Positions 37,514-47,460 of a stretch of 64,000 nucleotides of DNA are shown here, in pieces (position 1 is the first letter of the stretch; the number at the start of each line of letters is the position of its first letter). Made by a program: the position numbers and the translations under genes. Source of the DNA: an uncultured Rivularia sp. (GTDB lineage: Bacteria; Cyanobacteriota; Cyanobacteriia; Cyanobacteriales; Nostocaceae); assembly GCA_963665115.1 (NCBI GenBank), contig OY762007.1, forward strand, positions 1,600,001-1,664,000, given 5' to 3'. Under the pieces are notes generated by a model that did not search any database, had not been told where the DNA came from, and was given only the letters and a program-made list of their open reading frames with translations.

Positions 37514-37742
37514 ACATTTTTCTGCATAGTGAATCAAAATTTATCAATCTCCGAAGGAACAGTTGTTGTTCCGAAGTTTTCTAATACTTAAATAACTTGC
37601 ATTTATGAGCCAAATATTTTATGTTTAATATTTTTCTTCCTTCATCACATTAATTCAGTATTAATTATTTAATTATTCTGATTTTTTGCTTTTATCTTCA
37701 CTGTATTTTATTCGTGTTTCAATTTGAAGTGCGGAATGTGGG

Positions 37743-37955
37743 TTTTAAATTTACTTCCAATTGTATTTTCTCTTCAACAGAAAGTGGAGGAATCAGATTT
37801 TTAAATTCAGAGTCAATTTGAAGTTCTACGTTGAATGAGGGTGGTATTGATGGTGTAACTCTTTCTTCGTTTTCTTCGACAGTCTTTGCTTGTAGATCCT
37901 GTTGTTCGTCACAAATTATTGAAGCTGAATTTATACTCATAATTATTCCGCTCAC
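37743..37955 (-). pseudogene. ParB/Srx-like N-terminal fragment truncated by IS1634
   Basis: LQIDSEFKNLIPPLS.EE motif, cut at the IS end. Confidence 0.55.
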
Positions 37956-37995
37956 GAGTTCTATTTTTTTTAAGTGAAGATTGTTGTCGTAAATT

Positions 37996-39542
37996 TCATT
38001 CCATTAGAGACGCAATAGTTCCATAAGATTTGTCAAATAGAACAGTGGCTGTTCCAGTTTCTCTATGTCTTGCTTTAGCTACAATCAGTTCTAATATCTT
38101 TTGGTCAGACGTATTCGGGTTATAATAAGTACTTAGGCAAAATTAATTGTGTATTTGTCATTGCGAGTGGAACGAAGTGAAACGAAGCATTCACCGAAGG
38201 TGTGGATCATCGCAGCACTTTGCGATTACTATGTCCTATCGGACACGCTTCGCTAACGCTGTCGCTCGTAATGACACAAATAATTTTGCACACCCACTTA
38301 CTCGTCCCTATATGCGAGGATAATGTTATCGGCAACCATCTCTAATATCCCCGACTGGCTAAGGTCGCTCATTGTTGGACGTTTAACTGGTCTACTTTCG
38401 ACAGCCCGATTAATTTGGGAAAGCGCCAATATGGGAACATTTAAATCGCCTGCCATTTTATAAATTTCCCTTGCTCCGCCTAATTCATAACTGCGATTGG
38501 CACTAGAATCTTCAGCCATCATCTGTAGGTAATCAATTACAACTAACCCTATTTTTCCTTTCTTGGTCTTGATTTGACGACATTCGTGAGCAATATCTGA
38601 AACTTTAATCCCCCTACTGTCACTAATGTAGAGCGGTAAAGTTGATGCAATATTGACAATCTTGTTGATATTGCTTAATTCCCAATCAGCCAAGGTTTCA
38701 CTCAAAGCTCGGTGTCTGCGGATGCGGTCGCTCGGTATCGGAACAAGGTCACAATTTTTATAATCGGAAGCAATGCTAATTAAACTCCATAAACGATATT
38801 CCAACTGCTCCTTAGTCATTTCCAATGAAAAAAATATCACTGGAAGAGAATGATGCAATATCATCCTCAGTGCCAGGTTTAAAGAGATAGCACTTTTACC
38901 CATTGACGGTCTGCCTGCAACCAAAGTTAAAGTACCTGGTTCAAATCCCACTATCAACTTATCTAGTTGCTTAAATCCTGTTGAATAAATAGGATTGACA
39001 TTTTCTATTTCTTTGTAAGCAGTAAAGGCTATTGTGCTGTTGTGTTCGGTATTAGAGCAAGTCCTTTGATTAGAAATTTGGAAGATTTTTTGTTCGGAAC
39101 TATCTAGTATTTGTGGTAGTTCAATTTCTGTCTGGTAGCCGAGTTGAACGATTTCGTTACCCGCTTTTATCAATTGCCTCCTTCTATACTTTTCCATAAT
39201 TAAATCGGCAAGAAAATCAATATTTACAGCTGATACTGTCCGGTCTACAAGTGTTGCTAATTTATTCCTACCACCTATGTTTTTAAGTAAATCGTGGTCA
39301 TTAAGCCAACTGATAATAGTTAGTAAATCTGTTGGTTTACCTTGATTATCTAGTTGTAGCGCAGCATTATAAATATCCTGATGACCTTTGATATAAAAAG
39401 CTTCTGAGATTAAGTAAAAACTGACTCGGGCGATAGCTTGAGGGTCTAGAATTATTCCACCGAGAACAGCTTCTTCAGCTTCTATATTTGCAGGGGGCAT
39501 TTGATGAATCATGTATTTATCCTTTTGGGAATTATGGTTCAA
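37996..39542 (-). pseudogene. dnaB: Replicative DNA helicase DnaB (element-borne), interrupted by a MITE
   Basis: PPANIEAEEAVLG, AGRPSMGKS, FSLEM, IDYLQ, LSQINRAVE; after removing the MITE, AYRDE continues YYNPNT..ELIVAKARHRETGT to a stop at 37996. Confidence 0.9.
38128..38298. mobile_element. 171-bp MITE with TA target duplication
   Basis: TA at 38126-38127 and 38299-38300; imperfect TIRs agt(n6)gcaaaatta; internal gtcattgcgag...ctcgtaatgac REP-like arms. Confidence 0.85.
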
Positions 39543-40360
39543 TTTTCACGATTGCCTGAAGAGCTATTATTTTGGTGGCAATCGTCCTCTTGCAACAATG
39601 ACTCTTTACAAGCAACAGTTGCTGTAACGGTTTGTTCTTCTAATTTGCACTTCCACTTTTTCACTTGCTCTCTTGCTTGTATTCGAGAAAGTTCTTCTTG
39701 ATGCCTGGAACTTTGAGAAGCTTTATAAAAACGGTATTGAACTTCCCAACGGTTTTCTCCAGCTTTAGTTTTACTTGCTAACCATGCTTCTAAATCAATC
39801 ACCTCCTGACTAAGATTTTTCGCTTTTTCTTGACAAAAATTCAAAAAACTCGCTCGGTCGAAGTCTGAGAGAGTTTTTATAAAGTCTGAATAAGTCTTAA
39901 TAGTCTGAGGGGTTCTCAAATCACCATCTGACATAGGTTCTGGCTGCTGTTCGTTTCCTATAGGAAACTGAGATTCACTATGCGAAACCTTGTTTCCTAT
40001 AGGAAACTCAGTATCTTTGTATTGATCAGTGGTTATTTTAATTCTGACCTTCGATATTTGCGCCTCAATCAAACCAATATGGTCTAATTTTTTAACTGCT
40101 TTTGATGCTGCTCCTTTGGAGATGTTTAGCTCTTTAGCCATTTCCGTAATACTATATTCTAAGTGGTGATTACCTTCGGTAGAGCTTCGCTTAACGCCAA
40201 AAGGGTCGAGCGAGCGCAAGTAGTACAGCACCTTGATTTCGGCTCCCGTTAAGTTTTTCACAGTTTCTACCCATTCATCGTGAGTTAGTCGATAAAAAAG
40301 AGGTGTTTTATGTTTATTTTCGATAGAGTTATCGTTTACGCAGCAATTTCTGTGGGTCAT
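39539..40360 (-). CDS. Winged-HTH (MarR-like) putative replication initiator
   Basis: LTGAEIKVLYYL, ITEMAKELNISKGAASKAVKKL; coupled to dnaB; internal palindromic iterons. Confidence 0.7.
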   Translation of the reverse strand: MTHRNCCVNDNSIENKHKTPLFYRLTHDEWVETVKNLTGAEIKVLYYLRSLDPFGVKRSSTEGNHHLEYSITEMAKELNISKGAASKAVKKLDHIGLIEAQISKVRIKITTDQYKDTEFPIGNKVSHSESQFPIGNEQQPEPMSDGDLRTPQTIKTYSDFIKTLSDFDRASFLNFCQEKAKNLSQEVIDLEAWLASKTKAGENRWEVQYRFYKASQSSRHQEELSRIQAREQVKKWKCKLEEQTVTATVACKESLLQEDDCHQNNSSSGNREN

Positions 40361-40579
40361 AATTTAAAAATAAGAAACATTCAAGCCGATTATTGGTCTA
40401 TTAATTGGACGCTTCAAAATCACTACCTCACGCTCGGTTGTTGGTGCTATGATATCGGTACTCAAAGCCGCCTCACTTATGCGTGAGTGGTCTTCCTTGA
40501 AAAGCAAGCATTGCCGAAATAGCAATTAAAAAAATATAATATTGCTATATTAGCAATTTATCAGTAAAGAAATGTTGCG

Positions 40580-40915
40580 ATGAGCCAGCACAGAGAAATC
40601 TTTAATCAATTATTGTTGGCTTTTGATTATTCAGCCAAACAAGTTAGCGCTTGGACTGGAGTTCATCAAAGTCGTCTCAGTCGGTTTCGCACGGGAAAAC
40701 TTGATTTAGAAGCAGGAGAATTTTTCAGCTTGCTTGCCTGTATGCCGAAAGAATTTCAAGATAGTTTTTGGTTAAAGATTCGTACAGAAGAAATGGATTG
40801 GCGCGTCAAAATACTATCTGCGAGTGATAACGACATTGAAGAAATCCTTAGAGGACTGGCAGATCGATGGGCAAGCGTTGTAGATAAGGCAAAAATAGCA
40901 ACAAAACTTCCTTGA
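40580..40915 (+). CDS. XRE-like HTH repressor, divergent from the replication module
   Basis: SAKQVSAWTGVHQSRLSRFRTG HTH. Confidence 0.7.
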   Translation: MSQHREIFNQLLLAFDYSAKQVSAWTGVHQSRLSRFRTGKLDLEAGEFFSLLACMPKEFQDSFWLKIRTEEMDWRVKILSASDNDIEEILRGLADRWASVVDKAKIATKLP

Positions 40916-41114
40916 TGGCTCTATAAATCTTAGTATCTGAGCAACAAAACTTAAGAAGGCATCCGCCGAAAGAACGAAACTTGAATCGATTAATGTCTTA
41001 TTCCCTTCCGAATTGAGCTACCAGGCAAGTAGCCAATGTTATTTTTGAACGAAGCAACTAAACGCATTTTCAGCTTACATAATCTTTGCACTAAGCGTAA
41101 GCCATGCTGTGTTA

Positions 41115-41306
41115 TTAGAATACGAAAGGTTGTTCCTGTGTCTTCAGAGATATTCTTTGTTGGTGGGGCTTTGTTTTACGTGAATTTAGTTTCGGCAGGA
41201 ATGTGCCTCTTAGCCATAAAGTATTTCCACGCTGGTCGATAGTTATGCCAATTTTGGAAGCTCGCAATCTACCATTTGCTTGAGCAAGACGATTACTAAT
41301 ATCCAT
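41115..41306 (-). pseudogene. Truncated XisA-like integrase N-terminus
   Basis: RLAQANGRL...LWLRGTF.PK...QQRISL; adjacent to att core 2. Confidence 0.75.
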
Positions 41307-41553
41307 AAAAATTTACCCCAAAGTTTTTAAGGGACTGTTTTTTATAGATGTCACCCAATTTCAAGCGGACACACACGCAATACCCAACTGAGCAGCTTTT
41401 CTCAGATTTTAAATGGTAGCTAAAACTTGGACTAAATTTGTGCCTAAAATTGTGGGTTGATTCTACCGGATTTGACCTAAAATGGAACAAACGAAGAATC
41501 CGCTCCTCTAAGCTAGAAGGCGCTTGAGAAACGGGAAACAACGGAATATTAAC

Positions 41554-41600
41554 AAAGGCGACACCCGGATTTGAACCGGGGGATGGAGGTTTTGCAGACC
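41554..41600 (-). other. 3' half of tRNA-Cys(GCA), att core 2
   Basis: 47/47 identity to 20133-20179 in reverse orientation; no 5' half. Confidence 0.85.
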
Positions 41601-41789
41601 GATTGGCCGCTCCCCCAAACCCTTGCTGTAAGCGGCTTGTAAATTTCATACTTCGGTTTTTGGACTAAATTTGGACTAAACAATATTATTGATTAATTTA
41701 GGATGAACAAATAATTCGTTCCCTATTTGAAAGAGTATTTATTAGTATGAACCAAAATCAACATCATTTAATTCGGACTCTTCAATTTC

Positions 41790-42190
41790 TGAAATGCCTC
41801 CCTTTGGTGACGGGTGGGCGATTGGGAAACTCAATAACAAGCTTTAAATCTCCTCCCATTGCCGCAATATACTTTTGTAAAGTTGAAATCATCAAATCGG
41901 TACGCTGTTCCAAACGAGAAATATTCCCTTGGTCAACTTGTAAAAGTTCTGCCATTTGTTTGCGGAGTAAATTTTCTGGCTTGTCTCAATTGCTGTCGGG
42001 GTCATTTCTTCTGCGATCAGCTTTTGTGATTCTTCTTCGATTTTTTTCTGTCGTTCTGGTGACAACTCTTGTAATTTTTCTCTAAAAGTTTTTCCCATAG
42101 GTTCTTCTCAATTTTCATCTTTTTGATTTTTGAGTGGGGTTAAGTGTTCTTCAAATCTGTCATCAACCGTCTTAATAAGTTGCTCAAGAA
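41790..42190 (-). pseudogene. Degraded XRE antitoxin plus 3' remnant of its toxin
   Basis: LSPERQKKIE, ISRLEQRTDLMISTLQKYIAAMGGDLKL in shifted frames. Confidence 0.7.
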
Positions 42191-42492
42191 CGAGAATAGG
42201 TTATTTCAAGGTGCGATCGCCACTAAAAAACCTAGTCTTATTGAGAATTAACTAATGTAATTGAGAATTTGGCTCCGAGTTCACCGGCATCGCGTTGCTC
42301 CCATTAATTCATCAGCGCGAGTATCAACTTCAGAACCGCTGCTGCTTGAGTAGTTTGTCTTATAATATTTAATAATAATGTACTAACAGTGTACAAGTTG
42401 CTTTCGAGCCACCTTTACGGAGGTTGTTGCTCAACTGAACCTTTTTGAAGATAAACTACCTTTCACCATTAAACCGAGGATGCGAGAGTTAA

Positions 42493-42762
42493 ATGACCGA
42501 ACCGCAAGTTGGATTTTCAGGGCTAACTGAAGTGGTAGAATTTTTAGCGAATTTCCCTACTCCCGAAGCTATTATTGCTTCGCGTCCGTCGGAAACTCTT
42601 CAAAGTCAGATTAGTAATTTGCTAGAAAAAAATAGGACTGTTGCTTTAACACCTGAAGATGAGAAAATATGGCAAGATTATCAGTATTTAGAACATATTG
42701 TAAGAATGGCAAAAGCTAGAGCTTTCTTAAAGCTGAAGGAAACTCAAGCGTTGTGGGAGTAA
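42493..42762 (+). CDS. Conserved small protein usually paired with an HNH nuclease; only the first codons of the HNH gene follow
   Basis: EFLANFPTPEAI..RPS, LEHIVRMAKARA; downstream KTYINAVLRKQVY remnant. Confidence 0.65.
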   Translation: MTEPQVGFSGLTEVVEFLANFPTPEAIIASRPSETLQSQISNLLEKNRTVALTPEDEKIWQDYQYLEHIVRMAKARAFLKLKETQALWE

Positions 42763-43780
42763 AACATATATCAACGCAGTTCTACGTAAACAGGTTTATC
42801 TGCATAGCAAGAGGACGATGTAAATGCGATTCAACGTATTCCTACGCGATAATTATCCTTTGAAGTTCATCGAATACCAAAAGTAATAATATGAAGTCCG
42901 GTTAATTACTTACTATATGGCGACTAGCAAAAAAATTGTTAGCCTTTAAAACCTGTATTTCAAGCATGAGAGGGGTTATTAATCAATAGCGGTCATATAA
43001 CGTTCATCAATTCGCGATTATATGCGGACAATTGTTTGTAGCAATGAGTTTGTACTAATAACAATCCAGCTACTATTACTAAATATAGGAACATGATTAT
43101 TCATGATGCTTGTTAACTTGATATTGAGCTTACAGTAATAGATTAGCTTCAGTAAATCGGTGTAAACTTTTTTTAGACTGATACATGGGAAAGTAAAAAT
43201 AGTACAAAATTCAACTGATTTATTGTCATAACATTACCTTTCTTCAGATTTGTTTATACCAACAGGTTTGAACCCCTTCATTTATTTAATAGGTTTATTC
43301 AGTTGAAGATTTATGCACTTCCGCTTCAAAGTAAGGTTACTAGGGATGGTAGAGTAGGATTTTTGTCGATTAAGTAGAGGAAACCCGAGTGCCAGTTAAT
43401 ACCGATTAACCCGATTTAAGTAGATATTATCCAGTCACCGGACTTGTATAAGAATTTGTTTATAGAGTTTCCAGTGCATACCGAAACACTTTCCGGCATT
43501 GTTTAGGAAATACTTGCGTTTATGAAGTACAGAGAAATTTGCTGATTTCTGGCTGTTTAAGGTTACGTTGCTTGAGCAGATGTGTTACCACAATTCCTAT
43601 ATGTAAGTAATATGCCTGTAAATATAAAAAATGTATTAAGTTACTCTTACGAATGGTTTTACTACACCTCAGATTAAAGTATAATATTCAATAAATTTTT
43701 GTAGGGCTATAGTTTTATATACATAATATAGCCAATGTATTCATTTAAGCAGAATCTTTTTTGTAGTTCCAAATAATGCT

Positions 43781-44668
43781 ATGAGATGGTCTATATCTAC
43801 ACATAATTGCTTTCGTAAATGTCAAAGACAATATTTTCTACAAAATGTCATGGCATTTCATAATGCTAAAGACCCAATTCGCCGGGAAGCATTTATGCTT
43901 AAACAATTTAGTAGTTTGAATGAATGGCGAGGAAGCTTAATCCATCGGGCCATAGAAAAATATTTTGTTCCATCTTTAAAACAAGCTCAACTTATTTCAG
44001 AAAATGAATTCATTCGACAAACAATTGCTTTAGGCAAAAGGCAATTAGAATTCTCTAAACAGCAAAAATATAAAGAACCTAATTTTAAGAAAAAAGATGC
44101 TGGCGATTCTTTTCTTGCATTACGAGAGCAAAAAGAAGATATTGATAGTTTTTATGAAACTATTATACAGTGCTGTAAATATCTTTATTCACAGACTCGC
44201 TTTCTAGCATTTTTACAAAATTGTCATCGTTATAGTGCAGAGAAACGAATACAATTTAAATTTAATGGTACCACGCTCATAGGTCAATTAGATTTAGTAT
44301 TAGAGTATAGTGATAAAAAACTATGTATTATTGATTGGAAAACAAATCGCAATCAAAATAGTGATTACTCAAAACAATTATATTTTTATGCTTTTGCGGC
44401 TTTAAATAATTGGAAAAATTATAATGCAGATGACTTATTGTTGGTTGAAGCCAATTTACTTCAAGGAAAGTTAATCAAACATAGGGTAAGTGAAAAAGAA
44501 TTATTGGAAATTGAAGACTTTATTTACCGTAGTACTTCGGATATTCAAGCTGTCACTAGAAACCAAAAATATAAAATAGAAGACTTAGAAAATTATAAAT
44601 ATGCAAATAGCTCACTATCTTGTGAATATTGTAAAATGGAAAAACTGTGTGTGAGGCTTGCTTCATGA
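43781..44668 (+). CDS. PD-(D/E)XK nuclease, Cas4/RecB/AddB-like with four Fe-S cysteines
   Basis: KCQRQY, GSLIH, EKRI, GQLDLV, IIDWKT, QLYFY, CEYC.....C. Confidence 0.9.
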   Translation: MRWSISTHNCFRKCQRQYFLQNVMAFHNAKDPIRREAFMLKQFSSLNEWRGSLIHRAIEKYFVPSLKQAQLISENEFIRQTIALGKRQLEFSKQQKYKEPNFKKKDAGDSFLALREQKEDIDSFYETIIQCCKYLYSQTRFLAFLQNCHRYSAEKRIQFKFNGTTLIGQLDLVLEYSDKKLCIIDWKTNRNQNSDYSKQLYFYAFAALNNWKNYNADDLLLVEANLLQGKLIKHRVSEKELLEIEDFIYRSTSDIQAVTRNQKYKIEDLENYKYANSSLSCEYCKMEKLCVRLAS

Positions 44669-47001
44669 TTACCCATAGGATTAATCTTTTTCCTATTAAT
44701 AACTTATCCGAATTAAACTGTACTTATAGACTTTTAGAAATAACTAATCTTCCAGAAAAGCACCCAACATATTTAGAAAATATTCATCGCTTGGCTGGGA
44801 TGGTTGCTTCTTCCATACGTAAACCGGTGTGTGTCTATTGGGAAGATAAAAAAGCTTATCTTGCAACTACTGCTTCTATCGATAAGATTAAATTACAATG
44901 GCGCTTAACTCCACACATTGCAAAGCTTGTTCCAAAATCTACTGTATATAAATTAGACTACAGTAATATTGGCGCTAACCAAGTTAAGCTAGCTCTTCGT
45001 TTACTAAGTTATCATATTCGCTCTGCATTGATAAAAACTCCAGAACTTTGGAACGATACTTCGAGAACATTTTACTTTCGGGAACCAATGAATTTTGGAG
45101 ACAATACCCAAGTTGATGTATTGCGAGGATTTACATATCAACTTCATTATCTATCAGACTGTAAAATTTACATTTCCTTAGACTTAATTGTTCGGTATAT
45201 CGATAGAATATCCTTGCTAGAACGTCTGAATGATGGAGAAGAAATAAACGATTTCAAAATGCAACATTTTCTCTATAAATTTGGCTTGCAGTGGTATCGA
45301 ATTCAATTAATAAATACTACAGGTAATTCAATTAAAGAACAATTATTTACCTCAGATAGAGATAATAATATATATAATGTTTTTGACTATACTTTGCAAC
45401 ACTCTAATGCGCCACATCTTGATGAAATAAAAGCATTAAACCATAATTCACCTGCAATTAGCTATAAATATCCTAATAAAAATATTGAACGTTACGGTGC
45501 TGCATCCTTATGCTTCAAAACATACAAAACTAATGACCCACAAGTATCAAGTTTACACAAGCATTCCATTCTAAAACCTCATGAACGTTTACAAAAAAGT
45601 GAGGATATTATAAGTAAGTATTTTCATTCTATTTTATTTGCTAACCGAACAAAACTTGACATAGCGTCTCAAGCTTATAAAAAAACTATAGAAAATTTCA
45701 AAATTCCCGATTTACTTTTTGGTAATCAAAAAGTGCTTCAGGTCAAAGTTAATACTGAAGAGACGGGAATCAATATTCAAGATTATGGAAAATCAAGATT
45801 AAATTGGTTGTTAAATAAAGAAATAGGTTTATTTACACGAGAATCACTACAACCTCAGTATTTATTTATACCTAATTCGCTCAACAGTTCTATTGCTAGA
45901 AAGTTTCAAGAAAATTTCATAACTCAAATGGAAAAGTTTTTATCACGAAAATATAGCATAAAAACAATTATTTATAATGACCGGGAAGCCAAAAATTTAT
46001 ATCAACAGGTAGAAGCTATTAAGCAAGCAGTTGAAGATAATAATATTGATAGAGGGCGAGGATTTTTAATCTTACCAGAGAGTGCTCATTCAGGTTTACA
46101 TAATTATATTAAACGAGAACTTTTTGACACTTTACAATTTCAGTGTGCAGATGCAGCTAAACTTAAACATTTTTTCTGTTCTAGTAATGAAGGTTATATT
46201 TTAAAAGAAAATAAGAGAAGAAAATTCATCTCTTATCTACGTAATGCAGCATTGGGAATGTTGTTAGTAAACCGTCAATGGGCATTCGCACTCAAAGACC
46301 CGCTATATTATGATGTGTACATAGGCATTGATGTTCTAAATGATTTTGCAGGCTTTACGTATATTTACAATGGAGGTAAAAAATGCTATTTCCGGCATTA
46401 TCCTGTTAATGGCGAAAAACTCACTAAAAAACAAATATTTAATATTCTTAAAAAAGATTTACAAAAAGATATCAGCGAATTAAAACTAAACCACAAATCA
46501 ATCGTTATTCATCGAGACGGACGCAGTTATCATGAGGAGGAGCAAGGTTTTTTTAAAGCAATCGAATTACTAAAAGAAGAAGGATTCTTAGCAGAAAATA
46601 TTCAAATTGGGGTAGTTGAGATCCATAAAACCAGCTCAGCACGTATAAGACTTTATTATGAAGAAAACGGAAGGATAAGTAATCCTTCAATTGGAGACTA
46701 CTTTATAATTAATGACCAAGAGGGTACTGTGTGTACAACTGGTAATCCGTTTAAATTTCCTGGGACAGCTAATCCTTTACATATTTTAATCGCGTATGGC
46801 AATTTAGACATTGCTAAAGTACTTCGCGATGTGTTTTCACTAGCACAGCTAGCAGCTTGGGCTGCTCCTGATAAAGCAGTCCGAAATCCAGTTACGATTA
46901 AAATAGGAGATACTTTTATTGAACACATTGCTAGTGATTCTGATACAGAAAATGCACTTTACAGTGAATATGAACTGGATGAAGAGGAGTTAGAAACATA
47001 A
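44665..47001 (+). CDS. ago: Long prokaryotic Argonaute (N-PAZ-MID-PIWI), catalytic tetrad apparently DEDD
   Basis: 778 aa from the ATG overlapping the upstream stop; MID HNYIK..QFQC; PIWI YIGID, GEKL, IHRDGR, VEIHKT, GTANPL, PVTIKIGD. Confidence 0.92.
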   Translation: MITHRINLFPINNLSELNCTYRLLEITNLPEKHPTYLENIHRLAGMVASSIRKPVCVYWEDKKAYLATTASIDKIKLQWRLTPHIAKLVPKSTVYKLDYSNIGANQVKLALRLLSYHIRSALIKTPELWNDTSRTFYFREPMNFGDNTQVDVLRGFTYQLHYLSDCKIYISLDLIVRYIDRISLLERLNDGEEINDFKMQHFLYKFGLQWYRIQLINTTGNSIKEQLFTSDRDNNIYNVFDYTLQHSNAPHLDEIKALNHNSPAISYKYPNKNIERYGAASLCFKTYKTNDPQVSSLHKHSILKPHERLQKSEDIISKYFHSILFANRTKLDIASQAYKKTIENFKIPDLLFGNQKVLQVKVNTEETGINIQDYGKSRLNWLLNKEIGLFTRESLQPQYLFIPNSLNSSIARKFQENFITQMEKFLSRKYSIKTIIYNDREAKNLYQQVEAIKQAVEDNNIDRGRGFLILPESAHSGLHNYIKRELFDTLQFQCADAAKLKHFFCSSNEGYILKENKRRKFISYLRNAALGMLLVNRQWAFALKDPLYYDVYIGIDVLNDFAGFTYIYNGGKKCYFRHYPVNGEKLTKKQIFNILKKDLQKDISELKLNHKSIVIHRDGRSYHEEEQGFFKAIELLKEEGFLAENIQIGVVEIHKTSSARIRLYYEENGRISNPSIGDYFIINDQEGTVCTTGNPFKFPGTANPLHILIAYGNLDIAKVLRDVFSLAQLAAWAAPDKAVRNPVTIKIGDTFIEHIASDSDTENALYSEYELDEEELET

Positions 47002-47016
47002 GGTAGGATAGAAAAG

Positions 47017-47454
47017 ATGAGTACAATAGGGATAGTTTCTCAGGAATATAAAAATACAGCTAACTTATTTAAAAAATTTAACGAAGCTATTGTTTTGCTT
47101 AAGAAATGTCATTTTAAACCTATAAGTTCGGCAAATATAAACGAGGAGGAAATTGTTGGTGCAAGAAAAGTAATAGCAAGCATTTTAAGTCAAATTATTG
47201 CACAACTTAATGACGATAATTTACCTAAAGAAAATAAACAAGAATTATCGCTGATTCCACCTTTTTTTATTAAACGTCTGCAAGAACAACATAGAGGAAG
47301 TCTTGAATGGTATATAGAGGATTTAAATAAAGTTTATAAAGCTCTTATGGAGAATCAAGCACTAACTTTAAGCTTTATAGATTGTCTTGATAAATTGTGC
47401 GAGCAGCTTGATGTGGAAACAACACGTTTGTATCGTAAATTACGGAGACGTTGA
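47017..47454 (+). CDS. Hypothetical alpha-helical protein in the pAgo operon
   Basis: 15 bp after the ago stop, purine-rich RBS, 145 aa, basic C-terminus. Confidence 0.8.
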   Translation: MSTIGIVSQEYKNTANLFKKFNEAIVLLKKCHFKPISSANINEEEIVGARKVIASILSQIIAQLNDDNLPKENKQELSLIPPFFIKRLQEQHRGSLEWYIEDLNKVYKALMENQALTLSFIDCLDKLCEQLDVETTRLYRKLRRR

Positions 47455-47460
47455 GTAAAA

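Larger units (their letters stand above)
35455..37742 (+). mobile_element. IS1634-family insertion sequence
   Basis: 18-bp inverted repeats cccacattccgcacttca / tgaagtgcggaatgtggg; orphan right end also near 27628-27641. Confidence 0.88.

Noticed and set aside
41296..41649. ORFs spanning the att cores (also 19992-20195 and 20121-20327)
   Set aside because: Translations of tRNA and arm-repeat sequence
42770..43780. Possible CRISPR array or guide locus near the Cas4-like gene
   Set aside because: No regularly spaced repeats and no cas1/cas2 seen; the region holds HNH and REase remnants
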